From Raillietiella orientalis (taxonomy: Eukaryota), in the NCBI GenBank assembly GCA_036172245.1, contig JAYWIR010000006.1:5208001-5272000 (forward strand): a DNA stretch of 64,000 nt, given 5' to 3'. Within the stretch, counting starts at the first letter, position 1. Each line of letters starts with the position of its first letter. The notes beneath the pieces are model-generated. The model was not told where the DNA came from. It did no database searches and was given only the letters and a program-made list of their open reading frames with translations. Of the stretch, positions 47,621-60,000 are shown piece after piece. A program made the position numbers and the translations under genes.

Positions 47621-50600
47621 GGACCTCGGGAACGCAGGCGGGAAGCTGCCGAGAGCGTGGGAGGGGAGAGAAGCCGTGAGGAGGCTCCCATCTCCCTCTG
47701 GGGCGGTGGCGGCTTGCGAGGAACGCAGGGAATCTGTTAGCTGAGAACTGGGCGGGCGACAGTTGCCCCCCCCGTCCTCGCAGCCGCTTCCACAAGCGCC
47801 CGGGAGGGGTCACTGACCAAGCGCCAGCGCAATGGAGGGGCGCACCCCCCCCGCTCCGGAGAGAAGGGAGCGCTCCTGCTGCAGAGCTGGCAGCCCGCTA
47901 GCTCTTGGGCGGAAGGGAACTCAGACCCTACGAGCATTCCGGGACGCTGCCACTGGCAACTTCGGACACGGAGCAATCTCCCCCCCTCCCTCACTTCCCA
48001 CCTGTCGGCCACCGCGCACGTCCCCGTCACGCTGCGCTGTCCATCCGCGTCCCCACAGGCACCTCTGCTGCCCAGCGAAATGGCGCGCGCCTGAGGAGCG
48101 ACGGGCAGTCGGGTCGAAGAGGTCAGCCGGATCGAAGGGCGACCGCAGGCGCGGCCACGGGTAAAAAGCCCAGCCTCCGGAGGTCGCTGGCGCCTTTTCC
48201 GGATGCATCCCATCGACGGGATGGGTGCGGAGGAGCACCGGGAAGGTTTCAGCTCCTGGAAACGGAGGTCGGACCTCCTGGGACGGAAACGGGGAGGTGT
48301 ATCCTTCCCTGGGAAAAGTCGCTCCCTGCGGGAGGTCAGGTGGTTGCCGGCGGGAGGGGGAAGCCGCTGCACCCGACAGGGCTGGTCCAGATCAGCAGCC
48401 AGACGGCCTGCTCTTGTCAGAGGGAAAGAAAAGGGGAGCACGCCCTGCGAGGAAAGGGTGGAGGGAGATGGGAGATGCTCGGACTCCCTGCAGTCCTTCC
48501 CCTCTTCGCTTCCGCTCCCGGCATCTCCTGGCGCTCTTCGTGTCCACGCGCTCTCCATTCCAGACCGCGGGCGTCTCCGGCGCGTTCCTCACCCGCGGCT
48601 TCCCTTCATCTCCCTCATCTTCCGTCCCCCTCCCCCGCGTAGCTTGGCAGTCCTGAGGCCGCGAGCCGAGGCGGCTTGACCGCGATGCCCGCGGCGCGCC
48701 TTTTACAGGCGCGCGTCCAGCGGTCGCTCCCCCTTTTCCCTCCGTCCTGCCGACTTCCTGGGAAGAGGGAGCCCCGAGCAAGCGCGCGGTGAGCTGAGAG
48801 GGGGAGGGAGGAAGAGGGGGAAGCTCGCGGGCACAGTCCCCGAGGCGGAGGCGGCTGGCGCGCGCCCTGCCCCGTCGCCCCCTTTCCGGCTTCTCCCCCT
48901 CTCGTGGGCCTCTCCTTCCCCTGTCGGATGTCCGAAGCCTCTCGGCCCCACCCTTTGACCCGCATCTCACGCGCTTCCGGCGGTTCTTCTCCCCACCTCG
49001 CCTCCGCCGTCGCTCCAGGCAACCGCCTCCTGTGCTTCTCCCCCCTTCCGTGAGAAACCGCCTGAGCGGACGCGCGGGGAGGGAAGAGGGCCGCGCAGGG
49101 AGCTCTCTCGCCCCCCTCGTCCCCTCCGGGTCTCTGCGGGCGCGAGTGAGTGCGAGAGGGTTGTCGCCCGCGTAATGAGCGGCGGGAGGTCCGAGTGCTC
49201 GCCTCCCTCTTTCCATTTCTGTAGAAGGGGACCCCGGGATAGGCCCCGCGGAGTGGAGATAGGAAAGAGGAACAGACAGGCGCATGCCCCCTCCCGGGGA
49301 CTCCTGGGAGAAGCAACTGCCCTCCATCCGGTTTCTGGAAGCGTCTTCCCCCAGGATACCGCCCTTCAGGCGGGACTCCTCACTCCCTCCGTCCCACCGG
49401 CCGCTCCTCATCCCGCAGGGACGCACCCCGTCCCCTCGCGAGGATCCTGCGGAGTCGCTCCCGTCTGCAGGCTGAGGGAGAGCACCCGCGTCATTCCCTC
49501 GCCCCAGGGAGAAGGAATGACGGATGCAGAGCCAGAAGGGCATGAGACTCTGGCGAAGGAAGAGGGTCGGGAGGGAGAGCCTCGCTGTGCTCTAGAAGTC
49601 CCAGAGGCGATCGTCGGGACTCCCCACCCCCGCCGCGCCTTGAGAGGGCGCGCTCGACCGCGGCGGCAGGCCGGACGCCCCAGGCGGTCGAACGGACGTT
49701 CACGCGCGGCGGCGTTTGCAGCGGAAGGAGGTCCGCAGGGAGAGGGGAGGGGGAGGGGAGGTAAATCGCTCGGATCCCTTCTATTTATAACCGGGAATGG
49801 ACGAACGGACGGACGGGGGGGGAGGAGGGGAGGGGGAAAAGGGGAACGTGGGAAAGCGGGCTTGGCGTTTCTCACGCTTGGGGGCGCCCAGCTCCTTCCG
49901 GAGGGAGTCGCTTTTTTCACTCAGCACTACCTGTTCCCTTCCCCTCCTCCTTCCCCCTAACCCCCCCCCCCGTCCCATTCCAGAGCTCCCGCTTCGCCTT
50001 TGGCATCCAGAAGGGAACCGAAGAGAGGAAGAGTTCCTCAAGTCACCCCCCTTCAGTTCGGTCCCTCTTACCGGCCTCTATGGCTGCCCTCGCGGAAGGA
50101 ACTGCCTTGGGGGACGCTCCCTCCACGCGTCCTTCTGTCCCTGGCGTTTGCCTTTTCTTCGCCTCTCCTCTCTCGCTCTTCTCCCGAGCGGGCTCGCTCC
50201 CGAAGAATCTCGAACGCCAGCGAGCGCGCGCCCCGGATGCAGCAGAACCGCTGCCGCGACGTCGTCCGAGCCAATCTTTTGGCTCTGGGTCTCTATGGCG
50301 CTCGTGACTTCACGGTCATCTACACGACGGCGTGATGGAGGGCCACGTGGTTGGGACCGCCGCGGCGGCAGTGGCTCGCAGCAACCGGGAGTTTTCCAAC
50401 GGAGGGCTCTCGGGGCATCTGGCGGCGGTGGGAGATCCCGCAAGGCAAAAAGCTAGGGGTGGGTGGGATGCACCCCTTCTCCAGAGGGAGGAAGCGAGGA
50501 GAGATCTCTGGCACTGCCACGCGCTCTTCGACCGCGGCCGCTCCCCTTTGGCTCGAAATAGAGCTACTCGTCTCCGTGGAAACGCGTCCCGTTTCCTCTA

Positions 50601-51049
50601 GTCGCGGGCCCAGTTGCCGTCGCCACCGCGATCACCGTTGCCGTCGTTTCCTCCCTATAGATAGGGAGAATTCTTCGATTGTTGCCACTCCTCGAGCCAC
50701 GTCGTTTCCTCTCCCGCCTCCGCGGTTCTCGTCGCCGTTGTCATGGTCACGGCTGCGAGCAGCTGCTGCTTCACTGTCGTCCCTGCTGTGCTTTCCCGCT
50801 GTTCTCCCCACCTTGGGCAGCCGTGCAGGCAACACCGCGTTCCCGATGCACCCCGGAGTCCCCGATTCCTTCCTGGAGGGAGCCGCTGCAACTGCTGTCG
50901 ACCCACTTACGGAGACGCGTGCCTTCTGCAGCGGTTACCCGCGAACTTGTTTTCGGGACTCTCTCCAGGATCCCCGCTCCACAACCACTCTGCAAAGAGG
51001 TGGGGGCTCGCGAAATCGTCCCCCAGATTTCGAGACGTCTCGACGGGAT

Positions 51050-54000
51050 GCAGCGACCCTTTAGCCTGACGGCAGGTGTCTGTGGTACTCCAGTAGTCCG
51101 CCAGAACAGAGAGGATTCGCACCCAGATGGAGCCAGCTGCCCTTACCTACCTCTGTGGATGCGTATTCTCCGAGGAAGCAACGGATCAAAAGATGGGATG
51201 GAATGGCAGCTCGTCGTGCCCCCCACGTGCGCCCTTGGTAGGACGCCCAGAGAGTCCACGAGTGCGTAACAGCCACGACCCTGTCTTCCTGAACCCCAAG
51301 CGTCGGTCCCGGGAAACCATCTGCCAGGGGAAGGAGCAGATCTCTTTTTGAAGACGGAGCCGTGACCCCTACTGCGCGCGTGCACATTCCCGCTTCCTCC
51401 AGAGGCGAGCCTCTGATCGACCTCCGACGCTACCCAGATCCCGGACGGCAGAGTCCTGGAAGAGCTGCGATGTCCCTCTGCTCAACCCCCGTAGCCAGCG
51501 GAGACTCCTGACTGTCACATCTTTTCCAGGTCACCTCACTCCACGCACGTCTGCGTGATCCTCGCGTGATCTACGAGTGCCTCGCCAACGCGAGCGGCGC
51601 GCGAGCCGCCTCCGTGCCTCGGCGACACCGCGGAGGAGCGCTCGCGGCGGCCGTCCGAAAGGGTGACGGGAGAAGGGAACGTGCGCACTCGTCCCGCCCG
51701 CACCTGCATCCCCCGCGACAGAAGGGCAGAGCGCAGGCGGGAGAACGGCGGACGCTTGCGCAGACACCGCACCGCCACGCCTCGCGAGCGCCAACCACCC
51801 GCATCCCTTCCTTCTTTCCACGTCCACGCCATCCGCGCGTGGACGAGGACCGGGAGTTTCTTCCTCCTGCTCTCCAGCCTCTATCCATTTCCTCGCTTCC
51901 CCCGAGCTCGAGGTCTCTTCCTTCCTCGGCGCCGGTTGCTTGGCGACGAGGAAGGAAGCGGCCGCGAGCCTTTACGTCGCTACGCGGTGACGCAACAATG
52001 GCGCGCTGGGCGAGAGGCCACGGTCGGACTCGTCTGGCTAAAAATACCACCACTCGAGTCGCACTCGATCTCCCTAGCTACGCGCTCGTCGGGTGGCCAA
52101 AAGCTCGAGAGATGCGCGGAGGCGGGTGCACGGCGCCGCGGCCGTCGCTGCCCGGGAGCGAGGGGCCTCGGGGCCGTTCCGAGGGAGTCGGGAGGAGACG
52201 AAGGGGGACTTCCTCTATCCAGCCCGGACATAGATCTGCCGCGCGTGCCCGGAACGCGACGGCGCACAGGCGTGTAATGTCGCCAGCGCGGCGATGCTCT
52301 CTCCATTCGGCCGCGTCTGCCCGGAGCGGGAGGTGCGGCAGCCGTGCGCGCGCGAGGGCACCATCCTTCCCGTCGACCGCATCGCCCGCGGGGCGAAGTG
52401 CTCCGTCGGCTGAAACGCGGGAGTCCCGCCGCGAGCAGACGGACGTGGGAGCGGGTATCAGTCCCGGGCGCCCGCCTGACCGATGGCGTCTCCCACGATG
52501 ACGCACGATGCAGGTCCTGCCGTTGCTGTCCCGCGGGCGGCGTGCGCTGCCCCCCTCCCCCCCGTTCGCGTTGCCCACCGCCCTTGGGAAGTCCGTCGCT
52601 TCGTGCGTGCGCGCGCTCCGACCGCGGCGAGTGGGGTGGACGCTTCTGCCCGCGTCGTGAGTCGCCTGGCTCTCCGGGTGGATTGGCGCGGATGGCATTT
52701 CGCGTTCCATGTGCAGGCTGGCGCAAAAGACACCAGTCGAAGGATCTCCCTTATTAAAGAAGGGCTGAGGAAGCATCGGCTGTCGTGTGGGCAGTAGCAG
52801 AGGGTTGCACTACTGCTTCTCTTCCTCCTACTCCTCCTGCTCCTCTTCAGGGGGAACTTTGCTCTTCTGGGAAAGATCTCTGAGCTTCCCCCGGAGGGCT
52901 TAGCGGTCCAGGATCTTGGTTGCCTCCTCCACCCGTTTTTATTAAAAAGCGCCGCGCTTTGGAGCGGAGACTCAGGGATGGCTTCCTGGCTCGAAAGTGA
53001 CTTCGCCGAGAAAGGTGGCTCCGTAGGTGCGCGCGAGCGCAACAATCGCGGAGCGCGCGTCCGCCTCCGCGCGTCGTGCTCGAACGAGCATCTGGTCCGG
53101 GAAGCGGAGGCTGCCAGCCTCTGGTGATCTGCTGGCTTCTGTCTTCGGGCGCGCGCTGCACGCGCGAGCGAGCGAGGCGGGCTAGAAAGTCGGATGTAGG
53201 GCAAACCCACCCTCCCTCCTAAGGAGGAACGGGCGGACCCATTCCTTCCCGGAAGAGGCGCTTGCGGCGCGGGAGGGACGAGCGAAGGATCCGTTCCCTA
53301 CCCGCCGGGAGGTCAGGGACGGGAAGAGGACGGCCAGGCTCCCGTCTTCCGCTCCGGACTTGGCGCTTCGGTACCTGCGGTGCCGGGGCGCCATGGCCTT
53401 CTTTTCCTGCTGGCAGTGCGCTTCGGGACCCGCCTGCTGCGTCGCGCAGCGGGTGCCGAGGCGGCTGAGAAGGATGGGAAAAGGGTCGCCGGGCATCTCC
53501 TCCGCGGGCGATTCCCAGTTGGGCGCGCTTCCTTCTACTTACCGACGGGGTGCTTCCGGCGGCGGAGCTGGCTCTCTGCTCCGCCTCTTTTTTGCTTCGC
53601 CTGCTATCCTCTCGGGCACTCCCGTTTTCCTCTTCGCCTTTCTGAGTTTCGCAGCTGTCCAAAAGCTGGGGTGCCAAACAACGTGCCAGGCGGCAAACGA
53701 GCGAACCGAGGGGCAGGACCTGGCCACTTCTGCAGGCCTTGGCCACGAGGCGAGTCCCCAGCCGGCGCCTCCTAAGCAAGGAGTCGGTGGAGCGAGGACG
53801 GCGCCGAGGATGGGGCTGCTCGAGGAAGGCGTGCTTGGTTTCAACGGAGACGCGTTTCCTGGCGGCGAAACACTGCTCTGAGGAGCTTTCGTGAGGGTAC
53901 GAGTTTGGCAGGAGGCCGTTTCACGTCCCCCGAGGACGGGGGAACCCCTGGGATCAGGTCGTGGGACGCCACTGGGACAGCCCTCCTGGACGTCGCGCAC

Positions 54001-57000
54001 ATCCCGCGAGACGTTAGCCGCTCAGCCACCCGTAGGCCGCAGAGAATCCCTTCATAGGAGGGGGGAGAACGTGACTTAACTGAGTGAGGGAGGGGCGCCC
54101 CTGTTCCCGTGGCACTCAGGGGTAGGATGAGAATGAAGCAAACTAAAGTGGCAGTTTCACTTCCCTCCTTCCTACCCAGGGGCGCCCCCTTCGTGTGGCT
54201 TGGCAGCAACGATGAGCGAAGGAGGCTCAGAGGAGAAAGCGAGAATCGATGTGAAGGAGCCTTCCTGGGGAGCAGGAATTGATGCTGACCCTCCCCAGGC
54301 AGGAGGGCACGGGCCTTCTCTTGGTCCCTTTCGTAGGGGTAGAAGAAAGGGTGGTTCACTGAGCGGTGGCTTCCTGAACGGGGAGGTGCCCCGCCACGCC
54401 CTTCGCGAGGGGGAGAACAGAAGCTCCCCCATCTTCCCGGAGGAGGTGTGTGCCTCCTTACCCCATTTGCTCCCTCTGCTCTCCCTTCCCCTCCTCTTCT
54501 CCCCAACTCCTTTCCTTTTCCAGTGGGTGTTCTTTGCCATCCTCTCCTGCCTGATCAAGATGCCTCGACACCCGCCGACGGGAGACCTCCATGGACTCCA
54601 CGGAATTCACGCCACTTCCCTCCTTCCCGACTTCGTAGTGATGCAGGAGGGGGGTTTCCTTTTCCCCTTCAACCCCCTTGACGCTGACGGGTAGCTAGAA
54701 GGGTGCCTGCAGGGAGGGAGGATGCTGCATCTCTCTCCACCAGCGGGTGCCGCCTAAAAGTACAGACAGCAGAAAGCGCCTCCTCTTCTATGCGCCCTCA
54801 GCCTCCGGAATCCTCTTGCGCTGAGAAAGATGGGGAGAACGAAAGGCCTGGTGACTCCTTTCCCATGCTGCAACTCGCTTCCGGGACCTGCCAAAGGCTT
54901 CTGCCCACTTTCTGTCCACTCTGCTGTGCACTCTGTCCACTCCTCCGTCGTTTCCTATATCTCGCCCGTATCCGTTTCCCAAAGACTCCTCGGTGCAGGC
55001 ACTTATCGAGAAGACAATGGGGGGAAGAGAGGAAGGAGGAGGAGGAGGAAGGAATGAGGGAATGAGGGGAAGGGAGGAAGGGGAAAAGAAAGAGAAGGAA
55101 AAAAATCCGAGAACATCAAGAACAAGAACGGTAGCAACCAGAAGGAGGGAAGGAATACGAAGGAATGAAGGTATAGGAGGAGCAGCAGTGGGGCACGAAT
55201 CACAGCGAAAGGAAGGGGGGTGGGCCGTCTTTCCTTGCTCTTCGGGTTCCGAAGGGCGGGCGGGAATGACGATCCCAGAGGAGCAACGGAGGGTTACGCC
55301 CCAGTCCCCCATCCCCTACAGACGATGTGTTGGGGACGAAGTTGTTTCGTCGCGCTGCGGCGGCGGCTGCAGCACGGGAGGGGAACGGGAGCGGCCGCCG
55401 CCTCTTTGGTCCTGGCTAAAAAAGTCTCTGCTGTGCGAGGAAGCGGGTGGCCAGTCAGCTCGCAGGAAGGGAAGCGATCGCGCCGGAGAGGGGCGTTGCC
55501 TCAGAAACGGGAGGGACACCCGAAGGAAGATCTCCCACCCGTGACGCTCATTTTATCTCGGCAGCCGCCGGAGGACCGAGGAGCCAAGCGGAAGGAGAGA
55601 GAGAGAGGGAGAGAGGGAAAAAAAGCGACAATCCAGAGATAAAAGAACGAGGTGCGCGGGGAATCCAGGGAGACAAAGGTGCTCAGGGGAGGGGAACGGA
55701 GGGAGGGAAGGCGCGGCGAGGCCTCTGGGAATTCCGGCGTCTCCGTGGCGCGGCGAGCGGCGGCCTCCGCCCGGGCACGTCTCAGGGTGTGTGCGAGGAG
55801 AGAGGAGGGCTGGGGCCGAGGACTCGAGTAAGGGAAGGGCAGCCCGGGATGCCGCCGACGCGCGGGGAGGCGGAGGGCAGACCTCGAGAGCGAATGCCGG
55901 GTTATCTAATGCCAGCGCATCAGATAACCTGGAGAGACGTCTCGGCGTCGTCGTCGGAGAAAGTCGCATCCTCATTGGCTGCCGGCGTCGCGCCGCGTGG
56001 CGGGCGCGGCGGCTCCTCCCTGACCTGCGTTTCTCGCTGCTGACGATCACGAGAGCCTCCCGCAGGTCTTGCGGCGCCCAAGGTCTCCCGGGCAACAGGC
56101 CGGAGGCTTTTCCAGACGGCTGTCTGTGAGGACGAACCCTCGAGGGTAACTCGGGGTATCCCCTTCCCGTCCCCTCGCCTCCTCCTCCTCCTCCGCTGCC
56201 GCCGCCGACGATTCCCCGCTTCCCGTTCCTACCCTCGTGGTCCCCGATCGCTGGATTCCTGCTACCAAAGAGGCGAAGGAGGAAAACCTGGGTCGGGACG
56301 GAAAAGGAGGAGTTCCTGTGGATCCCGGGAGCCGGCCGGAAGGTCCTGCCACCCAGCAGGGTTTCTCGTTACTCCGGCAGCCTCCGCGTCCCCGTATCTT
56401 CCCGTCCGAGGTCACCACGGCTGGATCCGTCTACCTGGCGACCGACTCGGGGAGGGTTCGTTCGACCGGGTTCCCGAGCGGTTCTTCCCCTTCCTGTCGC
56501 GGGAACAGGCGAAGGGGAGGGAAAGAGGTAGCTCGATGGTCGCTGGGGGAGAAGACGCAGCCTACCCTGGTAACGGGGGAGGATCCGCCCTCCCGCGAAG
56601 CAGTGCACCCGTCCGTCCCCATCCCGGGTGGGGAGGAGGATCCAACACCCGTCAGTGTCCCGGACGACCGCAGGTCTGGATGCCACCGGGAGGTTGGGAG
56701 CCAGGCAGATCGGGTCCGGCGATGAGAGGGTCTGTCCGGGAGAGGGTGCTCCGCAGCCCGAGAGGGGCAACGCCCCTCATCAAATGAACCCGAAGATCGG
56801 AATGGGGCTCCGCTGCACTCTTGTCCAGGCTGCGGTTCAGCTTTCTCAATCTGGACTGGGATGCTGGAAGCGGCCTGGAAAGGCGTCTCGACACAGTGCG
56901 GATGAAAAGGGAGGGGGAAGAGGGGATGGTCCTGGACATCTGCCGTCGACGTCACCGCGGAACGCAAAAGTGGTGGTGACTCCGACCTGACAATGCTGGA

Positions 57001-57650
57001 GCAACACGACCGGCTCGTAGACATGGAGAGCGTAGCAGAGAGAGATGATACCGCAATGATCACCCTCTGATGCGCCTGGAAGGAAGGGGATTCCTCAGTC
57101 CATGCGAATAGGGAGAAAGGAGAGGAGGAAGGAAGGAAAGAGGAAGAGGAGGAGGAGGGTGGGGAAGGAGGGCTTCATTCCAGGGTGCATGGGTCTGCTT
57201 CTCGCGGTTCTTCCATTAGAAGCGGTGGGGAGGCCGCTTCCGGGGGTTCCGTCTTCCTTCCCCTGCAGAAAAGGTCGAGGAGGATGGAGTGGACCTTTCG
57301 AGGAGGAGAAAATCAAGTCGCTGGAAGTTGCGAAAACGGTGCGCGGAGGGGAAGGGAGGCAAAGGGGAGACTGAATGGGTGCATTCGGTAGGGGAGACGG
57401 ATCTGGCAGGTAACCAGTCCACGGTTCGGATGGCAGGGGTGAGGTCAGCTCAGGTGACACAGGGGCTCGTCAGAACCCCGGGAGGCCGACGGAAGCTCAT
57501 TGACGCCAGAGACCGCTTCCTGGCGCCGATGGACGTCCACTGAGACACGCCACGCGCTCTCATGTAAGCAGAGGGAGCGAGTGTGGGTGCTCTCTTGCCG
57601 GGAGGCGAGGAGGTTCCCGCTCAGGAGCGGGGCTCGTTGTGCGCCCGGAA
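51050..57650 (-). mobile_element. Decayed, interrupted I/Nimb-like LINE ORF2
   Basis: APE traces SLCLHES ~ CLQET and PPRPFLQG...SNGR (57200-57590); RT traces QHQFLLPRK, VCFILI, PGVPPSS ~ GVPQGS (53930-54300); C-terminal RAAIPSHLL..LGE / ILSVLADY (51090-51220). Confidence 0.48.
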
Positions 57651-59299
57651 GTTCCCTTGCCTGTGCCTCCACCGCGGGCCTCAGGCCGGTCCCAGGTCGC
57701 GCCGTCGAGAAGTCGCCGCCGAGGTTTCTCCGGAAACAAAAAGAGGAGGAGGAAGACGGAGATGCGAGGCACGGCCTCCGAGGCAACCTCCGGGAGCGCC
57801 GCTAGCACGACAGCCGAGCGCTCAAAACGCTGCCGGAGGCGCCACCAAACCGCTGAGATCCCTCAAGGGGACGCGCAGCGTCTTTCCGAATGCAGGAGAA
57901 CATCGATCTCCTCCTTGAATACCTTCGTCGACCACGTGGAGGACGCGGGGGACGCGGGAGGCAAGCCGGCGGCCCCGGGCGGGAGAGCCCTGCCGCCACG
58001 ACCCGGAGCGGAAAGCAGTGAGGCGATTCCGGCTGACCTTGGACCCCGGAGGGCACCTTGGGTAAGCGTGGAGTGACGCAGAAGTATCCGGGAATTCCGG
58101 CTGCGGTGATCCGCGCTCCTCCTCCCCTCACGGCGGATCCGCTCAGCTCCGTTGCCGCGCGACGGGCTCCGCCGTCGCGGCGTCAGTTGGCGGGCCGCAG
58201 CTCTGCCCGTCGCACCCGGGATAGAGAAGGGGAAGGAAAACGTGATGGGACTTCCGTCAAGTCTCCTCTGCCGGGGTGCATCCCCCACAGACGAAGCCAC
58301 CCCAGGAGCTCGGTCCTCCGGCCACAGCGGCGGCGAAGGGAAGAGAACGTCTCTGCACGAGATCTGAGGCCCGAGGGGCCGGCTCCTTCGCGGGGGCCGG
58401 TTCGGCAGCGCTTGGGCTCAGCTCCTCGCTTGCTCCGCCCTTTTGCCCTCGTGGTTCGCTCGGCAGCGCGGCTTCGGGAGGAGAGAGGGATTGGGGGATG
58501 GGCGCCGCCGGTTTGCCCGCTCGCCACGGAGGTCGCCAGCGCTGCTGCGACCCGGCGGAGGGGAGCGTCGGTCGCTGTCTCCGAAACCTCCCCTTTCCCC
58601 GGTGCGCCGCCTTTTGTTTCGCGTTCCCGGCTGGCGAACCGGAGGCCTCCGTCCGCTTCCCGGATGCGGCAGGGAGGAGGCGGGTGGCGACTGGCTGCCA
58701 GGAGAGAGTGAAGAAAAAAGGCAGCGGATGCGGGCGGTGGCGAGGGGAGGAGGAGGAGGAGGAAGGGGCGGATGAACGCTGCGGCCGCGGGAGCGATCTC
58801 ACGCGTGACTTTGGGCCCCCGCGAGCGTCGTTGCCCGAAGATCCCAGGGGGAAACTCTCGAGTCCCAGGGAGCGGGGCAGCGCACGGGTGGTTCCGGGAC
58901 GCCGAGGAAGAAGGGAAGCGACCAGCCACCCCAGCAGTGCTGGCCCTCCATGCTTGTCCATTCCGCAGAGCTGCCGCCGTCGGCGGTCCCCAGGAGTGGT
59001 GGACCGGTCGGCAGGACCCCGCGGCGGGTGAGGCGCCCGAGGGAGCAATGGGAAACCCCTTGGGGTTGGAGGGAGTTCCCGCGCGTCCTCCTCAGCAGCG
59101 GAGGTCGGCAACCCTGCCGGCTGTTCCAGCAGTGGGCCAATCCTCTCTCGAATCGCCTTGCGGTTCCCGTGGCAACAGGACGATCCTGGCGCTCTGGCAC
59201 CGACTCGGGAGGCTTCCTCCCTTCGTGACGAAGAGTTTTTCGGGCGAAGGTCCTGCTGCGGCTGGGGGAAGGGGGCTCCCTGGGAACGATCCCCACCGG

Positions 59300-60000
59300 G
59301 ACGCCTACGCCGCAGCGGGACGAGGCGTCCCCGGAAAGGTCGCTTGTATCCATGGGGTGCGAAAGGGGATGAGGATGCTGCCACCCGGAGCTCTTCTGGA
59401 TGGGATTCCGGCAGCTGGAGAGGCCCCCAGTGATCCGGTGGCCCCACTCCAGGTTGGGTCTCCAGCGCTTGCGACTTACCGAAGAGCCTGCGGAGGTGAC
59501 CGTGAAGCGCCTTCGCCCGGGAGACCCTCCGGGGAGGAAGACTGGCGGAGGAGAGGAGCGTTCCCGCCTTTCCCTTTGGAATCCTGGGGCCGAGGTCACT
59601 CGCGCAGGTCTGGACCGAGGCCACGTTCCTCCAGGCTCGGGGACTGGCCTACCCTCACAGCGACGTTCCAGCCTCGCCCTTTCACGGACCCCACGGTCTA
59701 CAGGCGGATGTCGGTCGCGATCTCTTGGCGCTTTGGCGCTGGGCGGGGAACGCCCTCCAAAGTCACTCGGTTTCCTCCGCGTGCGAACCCATCGCGCGCG
59801 CTGATCCTAGAGGGACGCGTGACGCCCCAGCTGCAACGAGCGCAAGGGAGATGCAGGCGCGGTTATCCCTGGTAGATGGCTTCGCCACTTTCCTCTTCCT
59901 CCTCTTCCCCATCCGTGCCCTGTTTCTGCTTCCGTCCTTTCGCTGGCTGCGACGTTTGGCGCCGTGCGCCCTGCCGGCGCGTCCAGCTCCGCTGGCGCTA
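59300..60000 (-). mobile_element. Possible gag-like ORF1 remnant of the same LINE
   Basis: VFLP...RWRPN..WGH...SCR loosely matches RPYIPNP..C..FGH...C; correct position and strand. Confidence 0.28.
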
